A DNA stretch of 64,000 nucleotides from Diplonema japonicum. Lineage: Eukaryota; Protista; Euglenozoa: Diplonemea. The stretch lies in NCBI GenBank assembly GCA_964019335.1, contig OZ025669.1, forward strand, positions 124,001-188,000. Direction: 5' to 3'. Below the pieces are notes generated by a model that was given only the letters and a program-made list of their open reading frames with translations, did no database searches and was not told the DNA's origin. Positions 11,001-23,800 of the stretch are shown here, piece by piece (positions within the stretch are counted from its first letter, which is position 1; each line of letters starts with the position of its first letter). The position numbers were made by a program, and so were the translations under genes.

Positions 11001-12859
11001 CTCACTTCATTCGGGTTAGTAGGCACCCAGTCTGTGCTTGCTCGAGTGTCCCCATAAGCTCGACAAGTCTTCCCATCTTCGTTGGTCAACAGGTCATCGA
11101 GTTCCTTGCAGCTTCCAGACTTGGCTCTAAACTGCCGCACCTTGAAGCCACCAACTATCCGATTGAGATGATTCTGCACTACAGTGAAACCAGGGCTGCC
11201 GTCATCAGGGTACACATAGCCTAGCATGGGTCCCTTTATCCACTTCCAAAACTCTTCTTCGTTTGCTATCTCGTAAAACTTCCATGGGAAAAATTCGGTG
11301 GTTGCATCACCAACCTCCTCTTTCCCTATAGCCTCGTCTATGCTGAGGCCCAGGTAGAACCCTTTGTTGATATCAAGGTCATTGTGAAGATAGAAAGTGT
11401 ACACGAGCACCCACAAGATATACCAGAAGAAGTGGCGTTGCCTGCGGCCTGACTCGATCTTGTCCTCCACGTAGCTAATAGGGTACGACAGCCCCTCCAC
11501 GGGTTCCGACTGGCCCTTCATGCACGACTTGAAAAAAAGGCCCTTTTCGACAAGACCGTTAAACTTCTGGTTCAGGTTGGCCCACAGAGGGAAAAACGGC
11601 TCTTTCTTTACTTTGTTTCTAATCTCAACACCTGTGGCCGCCTTGTACGCTTCGCAGAATTCTGTCTCTGTGATGGCCCGTCTCTTCACAATGTTCATGA
11701 ACTTCTCTGTCAGGTCACCGCTGCAGTAAAGCTTCTTCAGTCTGTCTTCATATGCGTTCATTGCTGCGTCGCTCACGATGCTGGAGGCCACGTTGTTGGT
11801 GTCACTCCACACCTGGTCGAAGCTTACCCGCCTCTTTGGGTCGGAGCTCCACAGGTCGTCCATTGCCTGCCGCACTTTTTCGCTGATGCCGAACTCCAAG
11901 TACGGCAAGTTGTCTGTCTGGATGTACGTCCGCAGCATCTGCGTCTCTTTCGTCGGGTCCGATGTTGCACTTGACAGCCGCATCTTCAGTTTCTGCCCCA
12001 CGCGGGCAGAGTCAATGACCTTGCCTGTTTCGTCGCTGACAACAGACAAATCAGACAGGATGAATTCAACTGTAGACTCACCCACGAAGTGGCTGAGCAA
12101 TTCCGTCAGTTGGTTGGATTGAAGATCTACACTGCAACAGCGAGCCTGGTGCGCGTGGAGCTCGTCACGCATGGATATCTTCATTTCTTTCAGAAACGCC
12201 ACCCGCTTTTTCATGTTCACCTGCTTCCTCGTATCCCATGTATCCTCTGATTCCTGAACATCGTCTGCCTGTTCTACGTAGGTCAAGAAGGACTTCCACT
12301 CCGTCGCTGACACATTGCCGTCATTGTCTGTGTTCAATAGATTGAACACGTCACCCATCATGTTACTAATAATCTTCCGTCCCACCGAGTTCACGGCATC
12401 TTGTGTCTCTTGCTTCTGGATGACCACAAGCTCGTCATTGTCACACCACGTCGTATGCCTCGTCCTGCTCGTGGTGTCCTGTTGCTCGCCGTTGTTCATC
12501 TTATCTTGCTCGATAGCCCTCCAAGCTGCCATCCACTGACTCCTTGTGATGCCATCACCCTCCGACAATTTCAGCTTCTCCTCTAGTTCATTATGGTGCA
12601 CCTTCACGTAAGCCAGCACCCTTCTGAATGTGTGGTGCTCCAGGGGCGCGTTGTGACCGTACTTGTCAGGCAGCGGCTTGGTACGGTCCGCAATTGCCTT
12701 CAAACCTTGGTAAGCAATGTCTGTGCGGTACTCTTCATCCTCGTTCTCCTGCCCGACGTCTGTTGTCTTGTTTGAAAAGGGTCGGAACTTGGAGCTCCAC
12801 CACTCGGCCTCGGTGCCCTTGTCGTCGGGGGTGGGTGACTCGATGGTCACGGCCGGCAT
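8041..12859 (-). CDS. Polycystin-2 (TRPP)-like cation channel, about 1578 aa, with N-terminal EF-hand(s) and an inserted solute-binding domain; introns 9137-9181 and 8869-8905
   Basis: TOP-domain motifs NRIVGGFKVRQFR..GSC, CDGYG and NQWIDIATRAVLVEF. S5-pore-S6 region LLFMVMGEFDF...VLFNLLIGVM. EF-hand NTDNDGNVSATE. Confidence 0.9.
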
Positions 12860-12936
12860 GTTGACACCCTACCTGTGTGTGTTGGGCTGATGAATTAAAA
12901 GTAGTTCTGACTATACTGGATCCCATGAGGGGGTCC

Positions 12937-13449
12937 TTAGACGCCGAAGGCTTTGTAGGCATGGGACAAAGCTTGGTGGTCACCGCTGGGGTGGACTGCA
13001 TTGTAGTGGTGTTGGGTAGGGTGAATGGCGGCGTTGTAGGTGTCAGTGCTGGTTGTGAAGCATGGCGGGATTGCAAAGCAGCTCACAGGGTGCCGGTTCC
13101 AGATCTTTTGATGGCGGGCCGCACGGGAGCTCTTGTGCGCGTCCACAGTGAGGGAAGACTCGCACGTTGTGCACGTGAAAGTGAGCCCTCGAGACTCTAC
13201 GACACGGAAGGCCTCCAGCGATGTCATCTCCTTGCACACAGGACACTGCACCTCCCTCACCTCACCTTCTTCCACCTCTACATGTCCATCTCTCTTTCCT
13301 TTCTTCATCTCTTCATCAGTATTACACCACTCCCACGGTACATCTTCCTTGTACCCATTACATTGACATTTCCCGCTGGGTCTGTTCGGATACACATTCC
13401 GAAACGTCCTCTTGCACGCCAAACACCTCACATCCTGTTTCTCCTGCAT
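12937..13449 (-). CDS. Small Cys-rich putative zinc-ribbon protein, about 170 aa
   Basis: ATG at 13449. Cys clusters CLAC, CQC, CPVC and CTTC. Co-oriented with the cluster. Confidence 0.6.
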   Translation of the reverse strand: MQEKQDVRCLACKRTFRNVYPNRPSGKCQCNGYKEDVPWEWCNTDEEMKKGKRDGHVEVEEGEVREVQCPVCKEMTSLEAFRVVESRGLTFTCTTCESSLTVDAHKSSRAARHQKIWNRHPVSCFAIPPCFTTSTDTYNAAIHPTQHHYNAVHPSGDHQALSHAYKAFGV

Positions 13450-13607
13450 CCCTGTGGTTGTGGCTCCGACGACAAGCAAGAAGAGGCGGTAAGCAGTAAA
13501 AATCAAACGAATAAAAGAGGCAGGGGTCTAAGGGGTGCGTATGTACGTCGTTATAAACATTTAAAAAAAGGGGGGACTAGAGGGTGATGTATGTACAAGC
13601 CTGTGCT

Positions 13608-15438
13608 TCAAACTGTAATAGGCTTCTTAGAAACATGATCAAAGATCATAGAAGGGGGTGGGCGGGCATGCTGCTTTGGGGTCTTCTTGCGAGGTGGGCT
13701 TATATCAGTTGGGGAGGACGTAAGGGCAGGCAGTGGGTGTTGCACAGCCTTCAGGGCGCATCGGCAGTAGGTGCCCACAGCGTGGAGCCATCGGCAGACC
13801 TGTCCAGCATCGACAGAGACTGTTGTAATGTTTGCGGGCTGGCACTTTGTATCGTTGAGGTACACCTCCATCTTGTTGAGGTACCCTCGGAGGTCTTCGT
13901 CAAGTGTGCTAATCGTGACGTTCGCAAGCCTCCCCATCATCTCCCCACTGCCCATCTTGTCGCGCGCTACAGACCATTTCAGGCTCGTATACCCCAGAAC
14001 CCTCATCAGGCACAGCACAGTCTGCGGTTTGTATTCACTTTATTTACATGATAATGCATACCCTTTCCACTAAACGCGGTGGCGACACCAATGCCCGTAG
14101 ATTCTGGAGGGCCTGCTGCCTGATTACTTCTAGTCCCACTGTGGGAGTCGGTGGGTCGAGGCATGGTGTCAATTCGCTATCTTCGTCCGCTAGAACCTGC
14201 GGAATCTGGGAAGACTTCTTACTCTGTGTTGACAAGATGGTGTCGATCTCTCGCTGCATCTGCTTGCTGCGGTGGAGGAGAGATGTGGTGTGTTCATCTG
14301 TGGCGGGCAGTGGTGCCGCTTCAGTATGCTGCTTTTTCATGGGGCTTGGCGTTGCCTGCACATTTGAACCCCTCCACATCCTGACAGGTGATGCACTCTC
14401 CTTCCGTCGTGTGAGCCGGTTTTCCATCGCCACCAAGTACTGTTGCTGCGGGCCGATCACACTCCCCGGTCTGGCTATCCGCATCCATGCTATTGCGGCC
14501 GCCGCGCTGAACCCATAATGCTTCATAAGGTAGCACCCTATCAGGGAACCTGTCCTCCCAAGACCTGCTTTGCAGTGTATCGCTACACCGCCTGGATTTC
14601 CTTCCACAAAGTCAAGAAACTTCGTCACAATGCTGTCAGTCGGGATGCTTCCATCCTTGTAGATGAGGTCGATGTGTTTAAAGCCTACTTCTGTGAACCC
14701 TCGCTTGTCGTATGTCTTTCGGCACAGCCTTACAATACCTGTTACCCCGCGCTCTCTGAATACTTTTGTGTAGTCCTCGGGCGACCAATATCGGAAGCCA
14801 TTAGCTGCCTCGGAGGAAGCTGCGTGCGGAGCACAGAATGCGATAAGCTTTCCGCATGCCTTGGCTGTCGGCGGCACTATCCAGTTCCAGTCCCCGTTGG
14901 CGGGCTGCTCAAAGTGCTCGTACTCCTCGCAGTCGAAGTTCCGCCAGTCTAGCCACCCCAGCGACACAGCATTGTGCAGCCCTTGCAGGCAGTGCATAAT
15001 TGTGCAATTGTAGGAAGACACCCCGCATGACACATCTCTGTATGGGAGGAACGGCGGGTAGCTGCTCGCGATGATCTCCAATGCTTCATGTGGGGTCTTC
15101 TCCAAGCACAATACAGCAAACGCTGCGATTAGGTACCCGGCGTTGGCCCTCTTGTGCCCGTCGTGCGATGAATAGAAGTACAGTTTCACACCGCTCAGCT
15201 GAGGAGCATGGAGGTACCTGTACGTTACCCTGCAGAACTTTACTAACATCGACAAGTTAAGCGGACCGAAGTCTGCCTCAAAGGGCTCGTACACCAGATC
15301 ATGATCCGCTGTCCAGAAGAAGTACTCATCGCTGCTTTTCGGGTGGCCTCGGAGCGACAAGAAGTACAACCTATCGGGAATTACAACACTGGCACGACCA
15401 AGAACAGAGGCGGGGACGATCTCACCAACCTCACCCAT
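13608..15438 (-). CDS. CDC14: Cdc14 dual-specificity phosphatase with C-terminal dynein MTBD-like domain, about 596 aa; intron 14022-14061
   Basis: Motifs YEPFEADFGPLN, KRANA, PYRD, NGDWNWIVP, intact HCKAGLGRTG and RPGSVIGPQQ. A 40-nt intron joins it in frame to ORF 13608-14018. Confidence 0.92.
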
Positions 15439-15530
15439 TACCTCCTGCAGTGCTGTTAAGATTGCGAAAGGTGTTTATATATAATAGGAGACTTATCTTG
15501 TAAAAAAAGGCATGTAAATGCCTTGTTATG

Positions 15531-17729
15531 TTATGTTAAAGACTTCTTCGACCCTCGCGACTTGGGGCGGTCTGGAAGCGGTGTGAGCTTCTTCGGGCTT
15601 GGGACTGCGGAATTCTCCTCCGAGCTCTTTCTTTGTTGCCATCGTTGCTTCAAGACCTTCTGTCTGTTCTCGATTCCTACCACACCTGAGAAGCTCGCCA
15701 TGGAGCGCTTCCGTAGCACGGGAAGTGAGGAATTGTGAGCAGTGCTCTCCTTCTTGGCTTTCTTCGGCTTTGTTTCGCCCCCAAAGCACTGCAGCACTCG
15801 CAGCATGTAACCCATTGCAGACGTAGCAATGGAGTTTGAGTCCTCTGCGTGCGTATTGACGAGTATGCGCGAGGTGTAGAAAGCAAGGTCTGTGTCGCCT
15901 GACCGCGTCGGCTCGTTCTGTATCTTCGTCAGCATCTTAGCAAAAAGAGCTGCTGAAGTCACTCCTTCTTGTACCTTGCTCAGCATCGTCTGTAGAGCTT
16001 CGTGCACTTGCGTAATTGGGTGTTCGGGTCTTGGGGCACTAAACCTCCGATGTAGTTTCTGAATGCCGACACGGAACGAGCCTAACTTGCTTAACGCGGA
16101 CGGCTGAGAGCTGCGAGACGAGTGGTTTGACTGTACCTCTTGCTCCTGTAGATTTATGGAAGGTGCGTACACAGTCGAGCCCTGTGGGTCATGACTCTGC
16201 ATCAATTGCGTTTCAAGTGCCTGTAATGCGAGTGAGACGTTGCTCAGCGTCTCGTCTGTTTTCGTCATGTGCTTCAACATGTTCGCCTGCAGTGCTTCGT
16301 ACATATCCTTCTCGTCGCAAGTCATAGTCTGCTGCCACGCACTTTTCTCAGCATCCTCGTCTGGCTTCCCGTCTTCGTCAGATGACTCTTCTTCATCGAG
16401 CATCGTGCACCAGAAGCCCTTCCCCGCAAACCTCCCCCGTGGGCTAATCAAAGGTCCATCCTGTCTGTTCTTTAGGCACCCAACGTGCACGTTCCATGTT
16501 TCTCCAATTTTGATGGGTCTCAGAGGCTTCTCTACAGCTTCGAACTCAAGCGTTCGGTGATAGTTGCTTGCCTCTTCGTTCCACTTGTGTGTGGAAGCAT
16601 CGTAAGCAAGTTTAGTGCGGGTTGTGATCGCCACCTCGCCCCCTCTGGTACTTGATATCACTCTGTAACACCTCTGCATGACAGCACCGTACTGGCTTGG
16701 TTCTCCAGTGGCTTCGGAAAACTTCCCCATATGCACAGCGCACCTCATTCGTAAACCGCACCACAACAAGTTATCCCCTTCGTGTATAGGCTTACAAGCT
16801 GCATAGAGCAGGAGTTGAGGGGGCCACTGTAGTTTCAACAGCTGGGTTTGCAACGAGGTACTGTACCATATGGCCTGCTGGGCTGTGGGAAACACGTGTG
16901 TGTAGCCATCGGGTGCTGATTCGCTTGCTTCCACAAAATTAAGCCTTGTGCCCTGGTACTCCTCTGCCAAATCTCTCACCGTTTCTTCAACTAAGTTGGC
17001 AGCGATGCAGTACTGCTCGGTGCACACCTTTCGCAAAAACTTAGAATCTTGCACCTGAGTCATAACAACGTACTGGTCCAGGTCCTGCGGGGTGACTTCC
17101 GTCTCGTGCTGTGTCTCCGCTGCTTGCGACGTGAGCTTCTTGTTCAATGCAGCAATTTCATGCATGTGCTTGGAGTTGAGGGTCTCGAGGTCTTCGATCT
17201 GCCACCGGACCTGGTCCACGCGTTCTAGGCACGTTGAGGAGATGGTAAGACAGCTTTTGAGGCCTCGGATGATGTTCTTAAAAGTGGTATGGAGGGCAAT
17301 GGCGCGAGTATCAAGAGGCATATCGGTGACGATGCTGTGTGCGTTGTTGTAAAGGTCGGTGTAGATCACTTTGAGGACGTCGAAGGCACGCTCGATGATG
17401 AGGAGTGACTGTTCGGAGAAGGCAAGGCTGTCCAGCTCCTCCATCGCCTCGTTGAGAACAGGCAGGGAGGCTGAAATCTTTTCAAGCTCCCGTACCCTTT
17501 CGCTGCGCGTCCCGATCAGCTTTGGTCCCAGCTTCCCTAGCTCCTCCAATGTCTCCGTGATATCCGAACCGGCCAGTAGTTGCTCTGCTTTCTTCTTCGC
17601 TTTCACATACTCATCCTTCGCCTCCGCCTCGTCATACATCCCTAGCGTGTCATTCACCCTGTCCAGTTCCATCAGCACCTTGTTGTGGTACTGCACCCCG
17701 GTAGTCTCCTCATCTGCCACCATTGCCAT
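15531..17729 (-). CDS. Coiled-coil protein with degenerate class III adenylate-cyclase-like domain, about 732 aa
   Basis: LQTQLLKLQWP..LL, WCGLRMRCAVHMG and YGAVMQRCYRVISSTRGGEVAIT follow the trypanosome/fungal cyclase pattern, but catalytic residues are substituted. Start placed at MAMVADEE. Confidence 0.72.
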   Translation of the reverse strand: MAMVADEETTGVQYHNKVLMELDRVNDTLGMYDEAEAKDEYVKAKKKAEQLLAGSDITETLEELGKLGPKLIGTRSERVRELEKISASLPVLNEAMEELDSLAFSEQSLLIIERAFDVLKVIYTDLYNNAHSIVTDMPLDTRAIALHTTFKNIIRGLKSCLTISSTCLERVDQVRWQIEDLETLNSKHMHEIAALNKKLTSQAAETQHETEVTPQDLDQYVVMTQVQDSKFLRKVCTEQYCIAANLVEETVRDLAEEYQGTRLNFVEASESAPDGYTHVFPTAQQAIWYSTSLQTQLLKLQWPPQLLLYAACKPIHEGDNLLWCGLRMRCAVHMGKFSEATGEPSQYGAVMQRCYRVISSTRGGEVAITTRTKLAYDASTHKWNEEASNYHRTLEFEAVEKPLRPIKIGETWNVHVGCLKNRQDGPLISPRGRFAGKGFWCTMLDEEESSDEDGKPDEDAEKSAWQQTMTCDEKDMYEALQANMLKHMTKTDETLSNVSLALQALETQLMQSHDPQGSTVYAPSINLQEQEVQSNHSSRSSQPSALSKLGSFRVGIQKLHRRFSAPRPEHPITQVHEALQTMLSKVQEGVTSAALFAKMLTKIQNEPTRSGDTDLAFYTSRILVNTHAEDSNSIATSAMGYMLRVLQCFGGETKPKKAKKESTAHNSSLPVLRKRSMASFSGVVGIENRQKVLKQRWQQRKSSEENSAVPSPKKLTPLPDRPKSRGSKKSLT

Positions 17730-17860
17730 TCCAGTAGATGTTATCTGCGTGATACATAAAACACGTAGTACGAGATGGGGAAAGAAAAACTTAGCACAAC
17801 AAAATAAGGAAAATAACTTTCGTTCAAAACATAGTATTCGTATGAAAGGATTCACTCAGC

Positions 17861-20800
17861 TCAATGAGCAGCAGGCGGGGTGAAAACAGAGTGCAGGGGG
17901 TTGCTAGGGGGGGTTCCTGATTCATTGAGCTCTGGTTCAGGTTCTGGGCTGTGAAGCTCCGCGGGCCTCTGATCGGGGGGCGGTGTGAATGCCTTATAAG
18001 CTGCGAGCAAGAGGGCAGCAAGCAGGAGCAAACCTGCGAGAACCAGGGTGATGATTAACCACGGAGGGAGAGAGCTGTCAGACGGGGATGGGGGGAGAGT
18101 GATGGGCACGAAAGTAACTGGCAAAGGCCCATCTGGAACTCGTGTTGGGGCAGGTAAGGGCGACGACACAACATGTACATCAGCAACACCCAAACCCCGC
18201 ACGCGTGACATGGGGTCTTGGAAGGCCTCAAGCATAGTCTGGTCACCCCCATTGAGTGTGATGTGAACCCTTCGCCATGTAGAACCTGCCACTGCTTCAT
18301 TTTTCACTACCTCCATCCCACCCCACTCGGCCCCTAAGTCCTCTTTCAGTGCTTCTTCAAGCTGCGCAACACTTACGCCATCTGGCAACAGCACTTCGTA
18401 CACAGTTACGGTGTACCCCACCACCAGCTTCGTTACCGCACTGCTGCCTTCGCCTCGAGGGTCTTTGATACGTATCGTCAAGTTCACCACTGTGCCAGCG
18501 GACCAGGTATTAAGAAGGGTAGCTCTTAGAATGCCATCTGTAACAGAAAGGATGGGCGGTGATTGGAAGGGTGTCATCGGGGCAACGCTGAACTCCGACG
18601 GTTGGAGGGCACTGATATTACTTGCTACGAGTACGGCGAAAGTGCGGGACGGGACCGTTACCTCCGCAACACCCACAAAAGAGGGCAACCCCACAGGGGG
18701 GTCAATCGCTAGCTGCAGCTTGAAAGGCAACGATGTGTCAGCTCCACCGTTGGCTCTCCCACCATTATCTACCAGAACCACTGTGTAGGTCTCCGTTACT
18801 GAACGAGGCGAATCACCTACTACAACCTTCAGCACTCCATCTTTGTTAATCACAGGGGGCACTTTGAGGACACTAACCTGCCCGGCGAGACCTTCGACCA
18901 CGAACTGCATCTCCTGATCGGCCTCACGTCCCCCACCACCTGAAGTGATGTCACTTGCCCACTGCACTTCTATATCAGAGACAACGCGCACTTCTGAAGA
19001 CGCCTTGAAGCTGGGCGGGTCGTTCACAGAGAGTACCTCGACCGTGAAGGTGTACGGCTTTACACCAGGGAGCGTGACTGTGAGCTGCGAGGTGCCAAAG
19101 GCGTCCGACACAGGACGGAAGTGAAGGTGGCCCTCTTTGGTAATGGTAGGTTGTACTTCATAGAGCTGCATGTTTGTGACTGTCAGGGAAGGGACCTCCG
19201 TGGTCGGCAACCTCAGCCACCCTTGTAGAGTGACGTCACCTGTGTCCTCTACAACAACGACATCGCCTTCACCCTCAATGGTTGCTGTCTGTACCTTGTA
19301 AACCTCTACAACAACCTCCTGCACACTGGAAACACCCTCCGTGCTGTTGAGCACACAGCCTACTGTTGCGTTGCCAACCTTCTCCGCTATCGTTTCGATC
19401 ACTACAGTACCGTCGCTCTCAATGGCAAAGCTCCTGAGAAGTCCAGTCCCGCCCTCACATGTGTAGCCCCTGCCCTCACCGCTAAGCATCGTTACCATCA
19501 CTTGCCCAGGCAGCCTGACTACCCCAGCTGTGTCCTGTTGCCTTATAACACCACTATTGAACGTAAATGCAGGAGGTGAGAAAACAGGCTGGAAGCTAAT
19601 CATCAGCTTCGAGACATTCGACGTACCCAAAAAGCTAGTGTCAGAAGGCCTGCGCAGCGACACGTCGAACCACGCTTCCCCATGAGCACCGGGGGCCTGC
19701 TTGAACTGCAGCACCCCTTCCTTCGTGATTGATGGCTGTGCGCTGAACAGTGCGTTGCTGCCTGCTGTCCAGACGACACTGAACGACAGCTCCGTGCTTG
19801 TGTCACCAGGCGGCAGGCCTGAGTCGATGTTGGTGGCCCATCCCATAGAGTAAGGTGGAGAATCCTGCACTCGTGTGATCTTATCCCCAGGACTAAACGA
19901 AGGCTGGATAAAGGCGGGGAGAACAGTGATGGTGAACCACTCCTCGTAGCTGCCGCCAGCAGAGTCTTCAGCATTCACCTTTACGTTGGCAACTCCGTGG
20001 CGTGCCCTTGACACCGCAAACATCAGATCACCATTTCCCACGTTCACAGTCGGCTGCTCTGTGAACAGACCAGGGACTGGAGGCTCTACCGTCAGCTGCA
20101 CTGACGTGATAGTCTTCGTTGACTCATCAGTAGGCCTAAGGGACACGGACACCCACCCTTGCACAAGAACCTCTCCCGCAGTTTGCAGGACAGTCATGTT
20201 GGATCCCTTCAGCAAAGCGAGAGCATCATTCACTGCAACCACTGTTATCCTGAATACTGTACATGTTCTATCAATACCGTTGTGTGCTACACCCCCATCG
20301 TCGGTGAGGCACAGGCTTACCTGGCTGACACCATGCTTGTTGGGAGCTAACGCGAATGACAGGTTTCCGTCTTTAAGGGTCACCGACGGGAGTGCATCAA
20401 ACAATTCGCTGTTTGTCACAGTTGCGGGCTCCCACATGAGTGCTTGGCCTGCTTCCTCTTGCGGCCCAGGAGAGATGCCTCTTGCCCACAGCGGGAACAC
20501 AACGATCCCTTCGTCCTCGTAAGTGTACACATCTCCTTGCGTGGAGAACACAGGGGCGTCGTTCACCGACAGCACGTCAATTGTCAGCACCACTGCCGGG
20601 CTGCGGTTAACATTCGGCAGGCTGCCATCCCCACTGTCCATGAGGTAGACGTCGTACTGTAGTCTTCCTGATTTCTCAGGCGCAACCGTGAACACGAGAT
20701 CTCCTGTGCTGAAGTCCTGTACAACAGGGGTCCCCTCTAGGATGCTCGGATTGCCACTGCGCAGGGTGATGACGTATGACAACTGCTGTGTCACGTCAGG

Positions 20801-23800
20801 CTCGCCATCTGTAGCGCCGCTCACCCAGCGAGGGATCTCGACACGCCCTGCGTCTTCCAAGACTGTGATGGTGTCCTGACCGCCGACCACAAAGCTCGGG
20901 GCGTTGTTTCTCCTCTTGACAACAATAGTGAAGGGCACCCAATCGCCTAGATTAACACCGCCATGGAGCACACCTCCGTCGTCCTTCACTCGCGTGCGCA
21001 CGTTGGCAGTACCATAAACGCCCGACGCGACCTCAAACGTAAGGATGCCTGTTTCGTCTACTGCAGGTGGGTACACGAACAACTCTGCTCCTGAGACTAC
21101 CTCAGTCCCAAAAACATAGCTTTGCGTACCCTCATTAGGACCAGGGTCAACTCCAGTGACCCATTGCTCACTGAAGGCACCGCTGTCCTGCCACACCGTG
21201 ACGCTGCCATTGGGAGTAAAGGTGGGCTTATCGTTGACGGGCAATACTGTGACAGGGAAGGACTGCTGGAAGCAGCAGTTCACAGGGCTGCTGTCATCTA
21301 CGGTGCAGTGTGCCGTGGTCGTCCCGAACAGGTCCGGCAGTGGTGTGACGGACAGGTCACCTGTTGTGGTGTCGAGACTGATGCTTGCAATGAGGGCATC
21401 AGCTGTACACGTGGCCGTAAGTTGCGTGTAATCTTCGCCTTCCCCGGCTGAGAACACGGAAGCCCACTGCCGGAAGACCTGCTTGTTGCTGTCCTCGAGC
21501 ACACTTACGTCGCCACCTACAACGAATGATGGTGCATTGTTCTGTGTAGCCACCACCACAGGCATGTCCCTCGTGAAGGTGTCATCCCCACCAGCGTCAT
21601 CAATCAAGCTCAGAGTGAACGGAAGAATACCGTCCACCTTCGCACCCCGAAGCATCACAACCTGTAACGTACCACTTGCATCAACATAAGGCTGCTGTCT
21701 TGTGGGAAACAACTGCCTTGCATTCAGGGGTACATTTACTACAAATCTGAGCCCTTGCATCACCTCGTCAGCAGGTCCGGGTGATATATTTGTGGCAATA
21801 GGGAGGGATACCCTGCAGGTCCCGCTTGGGTCTTTGCACTCCGGGAGACCCAGTGGCATTGCCACAGTAAAGTCGTAGTAAGGAGGATCGTTCACGCTGT
21901 TCACGGTGACCTTGAAGGTGAGATCAACTGACGCACCGAGGCTGTCTGTAACTGTGCATGTCACGTCACTTACACCATTCGCATCAGGTGCTGAGGTGAA
22001 CTGCAGAGCGCCTGCCACACTGAGCTGTGGTACGGAGGCGAAGAGCGAAGCGGATGAGGCGACGCAGACGGGCGCCAAAAGGGTCTGTCCGCTTGTTGCC
22101 TCGCCGCCACCTGGGTTCATGACTGCCCACGCCGGCTTTGTGAACGGACCTGAGTCCTCATCGACAACGACGTCCGGCCCCGCTATGGCGACTGGTAGAT
22201 CGTTCTCAGGCAGAATTGTTATTACGAAGGTGACCTCAGTGGTGTCGCCGCCGCCGTTTAATGTGCCGCCGTTGTCCTTTACCACTACACGAACAGTGGT
22301 AGTGCCGTGTGCATCGACGGCGGGGGTGAAGGTTAGGCCCCCGTTGGCAGTGATTTGCGGCTGTCCGTCAGGACGGAACAAGCTGGCATCATCGGGGATA
22401 ACGCTCACCACTGCAACAGACTGGTCCTCATTCGCAGGGCCTGGAGACAGCGTGGCCCATGGCTCGGAGTGGTACCTCCCATTGCTGCAGGGTGACGGTT
22501 GGTTGCACTCTTCCACTACTACCACGTTGCTGGGTATGGTCACAACAGGAGGATCGTTAACAGCAAGTACAGTCAGCACAAATGTCTTTGGCGGCGAGCA
22601 TTCCTCCGGTGTGCCATTGTCACAAAGCGTCACATCCACGGAAGCAGTCCCGCTCTCGTCAGCAGCTGGCGTGAAGGTCAGCGTGCCTGTTGGAGATATG
22701 GCGGGCTGGACAAGGAAGAGGCCTGGTTTTGTGCTAGTGAGGGTAAATGTAGGTGTTTGCATCCCTGCAGCAGGCGCTCTTTCATTGAAGTCCGCACACA
22801 GAGGTCCTGCTGCATCCCCAAGGCAGATGTCTGTCGCAAAGGACGTCGCAGTGTGAGGTCCAGAGTCTTCCTTTACAACCACGGCAGGGGGGATGCTGAA
22901 CGTTGGTACATCGTTCACGGGAGCAATGGTGAGGGCTACTGCGACTGCAGTTGATGTGTCGACACCGCCGTTTGCGGTGCCGCCGGAGTCGCGCAGCACG
23001 ACTGTCAACGGGATAGGCCCCCGCCCCTGTGTGTTGTAGTGCGGTGCCAGACCGAAACACAGCCTTCCGTTGTCGTCGACTGTCGGCAGTGACGTGAAGT
23101 AAACCTCGTCGGCGGGCGGCACGCTCACTATGAAGTCATAAGTGTCGAGCTCGTTGCCAGGGCCTACTCTGATGTCCGTCGCCCAGTTATCCTCGCACCA
23201 CTGTCCGTTGTGGCACGTCGCAAGGTTGTCACCTGTGGTGCGGCAAGGGTCCTCGTCAACCCGGATGTTCGTTCTAGTTGTGGAAAAACTCGGCTGGTCG
23301 TTCACACACTGCACGACAATCTCAAAGGTGACAGGTGGCGACTTGTCACAGCCATCGTCGTTCTCGCCGCCGTCGTCGTGTAGCGTGCACGTCACAGTCG
23401 AAGAGCCGCATTGGTCTGGTGCTAAGGTGTACATCAAACGGCGCGACTGGCAGTAATCCTGCCTGCACGTGCGCACGCAGGTGTCGTTTGTGAGCTTGGC
23501 CACGCCATCGACCCTAGGCAAGTACCCCGCCTCAAAGAGCAGCGTGTTATCAGCCACGCAGTCAAACCACGTATTCTGGTAGGGCCACTCAAACCACCCC
23601 CCGGCACCGATCCCTGTCGCCCAGTTGTTGTGGCACACGCCATACTGCCGCCTGTCCCCCGCGTCCCCTTTGGGCGGGGATGGCTGCCTCGACGACATGC
23701 AGGCTGTGCCCGTCGAGTCCTCTGCCACAGTAACATCCCCGACAGAGTCCCACACAGGGCAGTCGTTGACTGGCAGGATGGTCAGCTTGCAGACCTTGCA

